Below are positions 35,317 through 40,584 of a DNA stretch of 40,584 nt, piece after piece. The DNA is from Octopus bimaculoides (Eukaryota), in assembly GCF_001194135.2 (NCBI RefSeq), contig NC_068981.1, forward strand, positions 43,376,374 to 43,416,957, written 5' to 3'. How positions within the stretch are numbered: position 1 is the first letter of the stretch; each line of letters starts with the position of its first letter. The position numbers and the translations under genes were made by a program. Under the pieces are notes generated by a model. That model saw nothing but the letters and a program-made list of their open reading frames with translations. It was not told where the DNA came from and did not search any database.

Positions 35317-35733
35317 TCAGTACTGCCTGATTGGCACCTGTACCAGTGGAATGTTAGAAGCACCATTCACGTGTAATCATTGCCAGGCCCACTGACTGGT
35401 TCCCATGCCAGTGACATTGCTAGCATCACCTGATTGGCTTCTGTGCCAGTGGCACATAAAAACACCATTCGAGCATGGTCATTACCAGTGCCACCAGACT
35501 GGCTCCTGTACAGGTGGTGCATAAAAAGCACCATTTGAGCATGGCTGATGACAGTACCACCTGACTGGCCCTCGTGTTGGTGGCACGTAAAAGTACCCAC
35601 TGCACCCTCATAGTACTTGGTGTTAGGAAGGGCATCCAGCTGTAGAAACTTTGCCAGATCAGATTGGAGCCTGGTGCAGCCTTCTTGCTTGCCAGCCCTC
35701 AGTCAAACAGTCCAACCCATGCCAGCATGGAAA
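35317..35733 (+). mobile_element. SINE family C with an internal ~65-bp tandem array
   Basis: About four units of CTGACTGGCxxxxGTGCCAGTGGCACATAAAAAGCACCATTxGAGCATGG..., then the C tail. Confidence 0.85.
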
Positions 35734-35900
35734 GCTCTCTGAACTTCCTCCACCTGGATATATCTACTACTTCAGTAGGGAGCTTTGTCTCACTACAATA
35801 GGGAGCTCTGTCTCCTTTGCCAGTTTGTAAGATAGTGCTTTTTGTGGTTAATGAGTCATTTTGACTCTTATTTCTAGCAATGCTGGTACTACTTTGTACC
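35734..35900 (-). mobile_element. RTE-type RT fragment with an internal deletion
   Basis: ...TKLPTEVVDISRWRKFRE(L) joins the RTE motifs LEVVD and WxKFRELL. Confidence 0.45.
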
Positions 35901-36062
35901 CTTGTCACTTTAGGAGTACTTAGCTAGCTACTCTTCAGGCTGAAGATTACATTGTCATTAAGGAATCTCAAGTTAACTCACTGAAGATTTTTTTCAGCTT
36001 ATCAAACTTCAATATGGTAGAAGCCTACAGCATTCAATGCCAATAAATTATTATTGTAAAGT

Positions 36063-36269
36063 GGCGAGCTGGCAGAAATGATATCATGCTGGGCGAAATG
36101 CTTAGCAGTATTTTACCTGTCTTTACGTTCTGAGTTCAAATTCAACCGAGGCCGACTTGGTATTTCATCCTTTCGGGGTCAATAAATTAAATACCAGTTG
36201 CATACTGGTCAATCTAATTGACTGACTCCCTCCCCCAAAATTTCAGGCCTTGTGCCTAGAGTAGAAAAG
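36063..36269 (+). mobile_element. SINE family B, full length, with probable target-site duplication
   Basis: AATAAATTATTATTGT (36042-36057) versus AATAAATTATCATTGT (36270-36285). Confidence 0.92.
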
Positions 36270-36364
36270 AATAAATTATCATTGTTCCTGAAAGTTGTTT
36301 TTTATACCTACCACAGGCTGCTCGAAGATTACAAACTTCCTGCACTTAGATTCTCAGATCTTAT

Positions 36365-36531
36365 AATTACACACACACATGCACACCACACATGCACACG
36401 CACATGTGCGTGCATGCACATGTGTACATATACATATTGATATATATATATATTGATAAATTGTATTAGTTTATTCATATTGCATTCACACCATTGAGCA
36501 TATGTGTATGTGTGTGTGTGTGTATATATAT

Positions 36532-36562
<31 letters not shown>

Positions 36563-36564
36563 TG

Positions 36565-36598
<34 letters not shown>

Positions 36599-36715
36599 TA
36601 TATGTATGTATGTATGTATATGTATGAGCATATACATGTACACAGACAGTCACATACACAAACACATATATAATTGTGTGTATGTCTGTGTGTATGTTCA
36701 TATATATCTTTGCAA
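36365..36715. repeat. Compound (CA)/(AT)/(GA)/(GT) microsatellites
   Basis: Direct reading; similar fields at 37080-37480, 37740-37890, 38600-38960 and 40150-40570. Confidence 0.9.
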
Positions 36716-37337
36716 AAACACTCAGCTAAACTCAAATAGATATAGATCCTTTCAAGACATTACAATTCGTAACTTCTCTAACAGTGTTCAGGTGCATTAC
36801 ATTGTATATATATTCACGTGTTTTTCTTTTTAGATTGTCATATCTTTGTCTGGATTGGTAATAATTTATAACTGTTGCTTTTGTCCAAGATTGAATTGCA
36901 CTAAACAAGAAATATCTACCTTGAATTGAACTGTACAATACAAGAAATCTCCACCTTGATCTATCTACCTGTCTATATTTTATTTCTGTCTATCTATTAA
37001 GCAAACTTGGAATTCTCTTGATATAAAAGTACCACAATAGTAGCAGCAACAATATTGTTAGTGTTGGTAATAGAATGCTATGACCATGCATATATACGTA
37101 TGTATATGTGTGTGTGTGCCTGTATGTATGTGTATGCATATATATATGCTATATGAATGCATGTGGGTAAGTGTAGATGAGTGTGTATGTGTGTGTGTTA
37201 CCGAAATCAAAGTGAGTGTTATACAAAGAATAAAAGAGAGAGAGAGATCGATAAGAAAAATATATATTTATATATATAAAAGGAAAAGAATGAGGAATCC
37301 AGAGTTAGTGTTAGGGCAAAAGACAAGTATATATATG

Positions 37338-37396
<59 letters not shown>

Positions 37397-38055
37397 GTGC
37401 ATTGTATGTGTGTGTATATACATATATATACTCAGTATATGTATGTACATTCATACACCCACATACACACACACGCATGCTGACTTAGTTCAAAGAGTAT
37501 ACGGAAAAGTTCTTTTGTAGTTGCAAGGTTCTGTGGTGCTGTACATATTAGAGAAAACAAAATTGCAGTACTTTGTCGATGGAGTAGATTCTCTCAGCTT
37601 GTGACAATGCAATTTTATGATCTACAATGCATATATTGAAGCAATTTTAAAAATTTGTAAAATGAATTATGATACTACTGCGAGACAGGAATTATTTTTA
37701 TCTAAAAATGAATTACGAAGAGAAGAATAATGTAAAATTTGTCCATATAAGCACACTTATACATAGAAACAAACACATATACAAACACAAATGTACAAAC
37801 ACACACTCATTTTTATACCAACATACAGACACATGCATGCACTAACAAACACACACATATATGCATATATATATGTATATATATGAGTAAAAAACACAAA
37901 TGGTTAAGATTGTAACTATAAAATATATGTAAATCATTTAGAAGCTGAATGTAGGACAAGGCAAAGGCAATAAATTTATAGGCTGAGGACATAGTGAGAA
38001 TATGGTCTTTCTTCCTTGTACTTGAACTTGTCTAATATACATGCATGCATACATA

Positions 38056-38215
38056 GGTGCAGGAGTGGCTGTGTGGTAAGTAGCTTGCTTATCAACCACA
38101 TGGTTCCTGGTTCGTCCCACTGTGTGGCACCTTGGGCAAGTTTTTTCTGCTATAGTCTCGGACTGACCAAAGCCTTGTGAGTGAATTTTGCAGAAAGAAA
38201 CTGAAAGAAGCCCGT

Positions 38216-38263
<48 letters not shown>

Positions 38264-38472
38264 TGTGTGTATATATGCTTGTGTGTCTGTCTTGTTCCCC
38301 CAACATTGCTTGACAACTGATGTTGGTGTGTTTATGTACCTGCAAGTATCGGTTTGGCAAAAGAGACCAATAAAGTACTAGGCTTACAAAGAATAAATCC
38401 TGGGTCGATTTGTTTGAATAAAGGCAGTGCTCCAGCATGGCTGCAGTGAAATGACTGAAGCAAACAAAAGAA
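38056..38472 (+). mobile_element. SINE family A
   Basis: Collinear with 7598-8020, with a small internal deletion. Confidence 0.9.
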
Positions 38473-39028
38473 TACATACATACAAACATACCTACTTTCA
38501 TATATACCAATCTTGAGAACTTAGGCTTTTCAAAATCAGAAAGGAGAAAGCTGATTTGAAGACTACAGATCGAATCCATCACTGGAACAGTAAAATTCTG
38601 TAAGACTTTCCAGAAGGTTATCCTTTAAGTATGTATGAGCATGTTTAGATATGCAAGTATATGCATGAGAAGACATACAAAAAACAAAAGACATACAAAT
38701 CTGCACATATACATACATACATACAAAAATAACCTGTTCTTGATGTTGAAATTCCAATGAAGGAGCCTTGGATCTAGGTTAGAAACCGACTCTTTCTCTG
38801 TTGGCAACAAATCTTGAAATAAAACTGAATAATTACAATCATGCATACATACGCACATATAGTTATACGTACATATATATACATAAATATATATGCACAC
38901 ACACATATATTGGTGCTAGGAAAAGCACTTATATATTATATATATATATATATTTTTANNNNNNNNNNGCAAAAATATTGTATCTGTTAACAAATGTAGC
39001 AAAATACTCACAAATGAGTATTTGTATT

Positions 39029-39132
39029 TATATCGATTTAAATGAGAACTCAAAACTGATCCATTGAAAATACTTTATTATAATAATGTATTTTCAATGG
39101 ATCAGTTTTGAGCTCTCATTTAAATCAATATA
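39029..39132. repeat. ~104-bp loopless palindrome
   Basis: TATATCGATTTAAATGAGAACTCAAAACTGATCCATTGAAAATAC mirrored around 39080/39081, about 3 mismatches. Confidence 0.92.
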
Positions 39133-39689
39133 TATATATATAAATAATGTGATAATTATTCGGTAGCCATAATAAAACTCTGAGTTTTGAAGTTTTATCA
39201 TATCTATCGAATACTTGTCACATTATTTACAGATAAATTCCTCTATTTACATAATATCGAGATCTCTTTCTTTCTTTTTTTGTTTTACCGTTTCTATCAA
39301 TTTTATATATATATATAGATAGATAGATACATAGATACATACACTTGGATGCACATATTTAAGTCTGTATGTATGCTATTCACAGCTTATAAAATTGAAC
39401 ATAGATTAATTGGTCAAATGCCAAGTTAGCTGGACTTTCTCATTATATTTATCATTTTGAGTTTTTGAATGGTGCTTTTATGTTATACAATGAGCTTCAG
39501 GTGAATGTTCAAATAGCAACTGTAATATGTCTTTAAACACAACAACAGTAGCTATATGTAGATAAATATTTACATAGCAACATTACCTATAAATTGTGGT
39601 AGTGCTGCATAGCTAAAGGGAGAGAATACTTACAAGCTGTACAACAGATTTTAATGAATATTATTTTGAAATCAAATTAAATTCATGTC

Positions 39690-40090
39690 AATATGACTGT
39701 CCATTCAAAACTGCTTTGAACTTTCTAATATAGTTGTTTATTTTTGCTCTTTTGTTAAATTCATTTGAATCATAAAATTTATAAATTGAAAACATAAAAA
39801 AAATTGTGGTATATTTCCAATTGATAGGGTCTTTAATTTTCTGCCATTGCATTCGTATTTGTTATGGCAATGAATTTCCAGTCTGGCCAATATATATTTC
39901 TTTGCAATTTTGGCTTTTGACAGAATAAATCAGATTTCTTTAACAGTTCATATTTGCATTCACAGATATTTTTCTTTCCATCTTTGTGTTGATATAATGA
40001 CCACCATGTATAATTGGCATGTACTACAATGAAAAACACATCATTGACTCTAAGTGGTATAACAATTTTATTGCTAAGTTCAAGCACTTT
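39690..40090 (-). mobile_element. Penelope-like GIY-YIG endonuclease remnant
   Basis: CSTC...VNANMNC*RNLIYSVKSQNCKEIYIGQTGNSLP*QIRMQWQKIKDP...YKFYDSNEFNKRAKINNYIRKFKAVLN; YIGQTG at 39877-39894, in a different frame from the tracked ORF 39833..40087. Confidence 0.85.
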
Positions 40091-40584
40091 CTGAATGGAG
40101 AGTAATGTTAATTTGAATATTCAGCCTAGCTGGATTTTGATTGGCTAATATATGTAATACATATGTACATATATACATGCATACATACACACAAACACAC
40201 ATATATATATATACATATCTATACATACATGTATATATATATGCATATATATATATATATATATATATATTCATGGATAAAATTTCACACTGCACCTGAC
40301 AAGGTAGCAGTTAGTTAATGATATATATGTGTTTATGTATGTATGTACGTACATATGTGTGTATGTGTGCATGTATACCTGTACATGTGCATACGTGTAT
40401 GCATGCATATATGCCCATACGCACTATGTATGCATGTATGTACATAGATATGTGTGTGAGTATTTAGTTATGTAAGTCTGTAGATGTGTCTGCATATGTG
40501 TATATGTGTATGTACATGTAAACATAAGTTTATGTACTGATATATGTGTCTGTTCAAGTTGTATATATGACTGTTACTCTGTTG

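Noticed and set aside
35317-35610. CRISPR-like repeat-spacer array
   Set aside because: Eukaryotic context, degenerate contiguous units with no unique spacers, and no cas genes.
37480-37740. Possible mariner (CDNA resembling HDNA) or hAT transposase fragment
   Set aside because: Needs several frameshifts and lacks YSPDL or other anchoring motifs.
944-38472. tRNA genes suggested by A-box/B-box motifs
   Set aside because: The boxes belong to SINE heads; I found no complete cloverleaf.
40-38906. Numerous ORFs rich in I/Y/H/T/C/V/N
   Set aside because: They are translations of (AT)n, (CA)n, (AAT)n and (CAT)n microsatellites.

Overview
AT-rich, microsatellite-dense eukaryotic non-coding DNA with three N gaps. 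The repeat content (several tRNA-type SINE families, (AT)n/(AAT)n/(CAT)n tracts) resembles Octopus/coleoid genomes as I recall them; this is inference, not a database result. No host protein-coding gene can be confidently supported: most ORFs in the track are microsatellite artefacts or transposon remnants, and only two weak candidate exons remain. The window is a retroelement graveyard: at least four SINE families, RTE-type and CR1/L2-group LINE remnants, a HERO-like remnant, four R4/Dong-like endonuclease ends stacked in one (TAA)n field, and Penelope-like (PLE) RT and GIY-YIG remnants. The most interesting signal is a recurring fold-back architecture. Two separate inverted-repeat units (23692-24019 and 34430-35312) each carry a minimal type-I hammerhead-ribozyme motif, with sequence from the motif's 3' half or downstream of it duplicated in inverted orientation upstream. 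A neighbouring ~465-bp-arm inverted duplication and several near-perfect palindromes add to a high density of potential dsRNA. All coordinates and identities were read by eye, so expect a few bp of error at edges.
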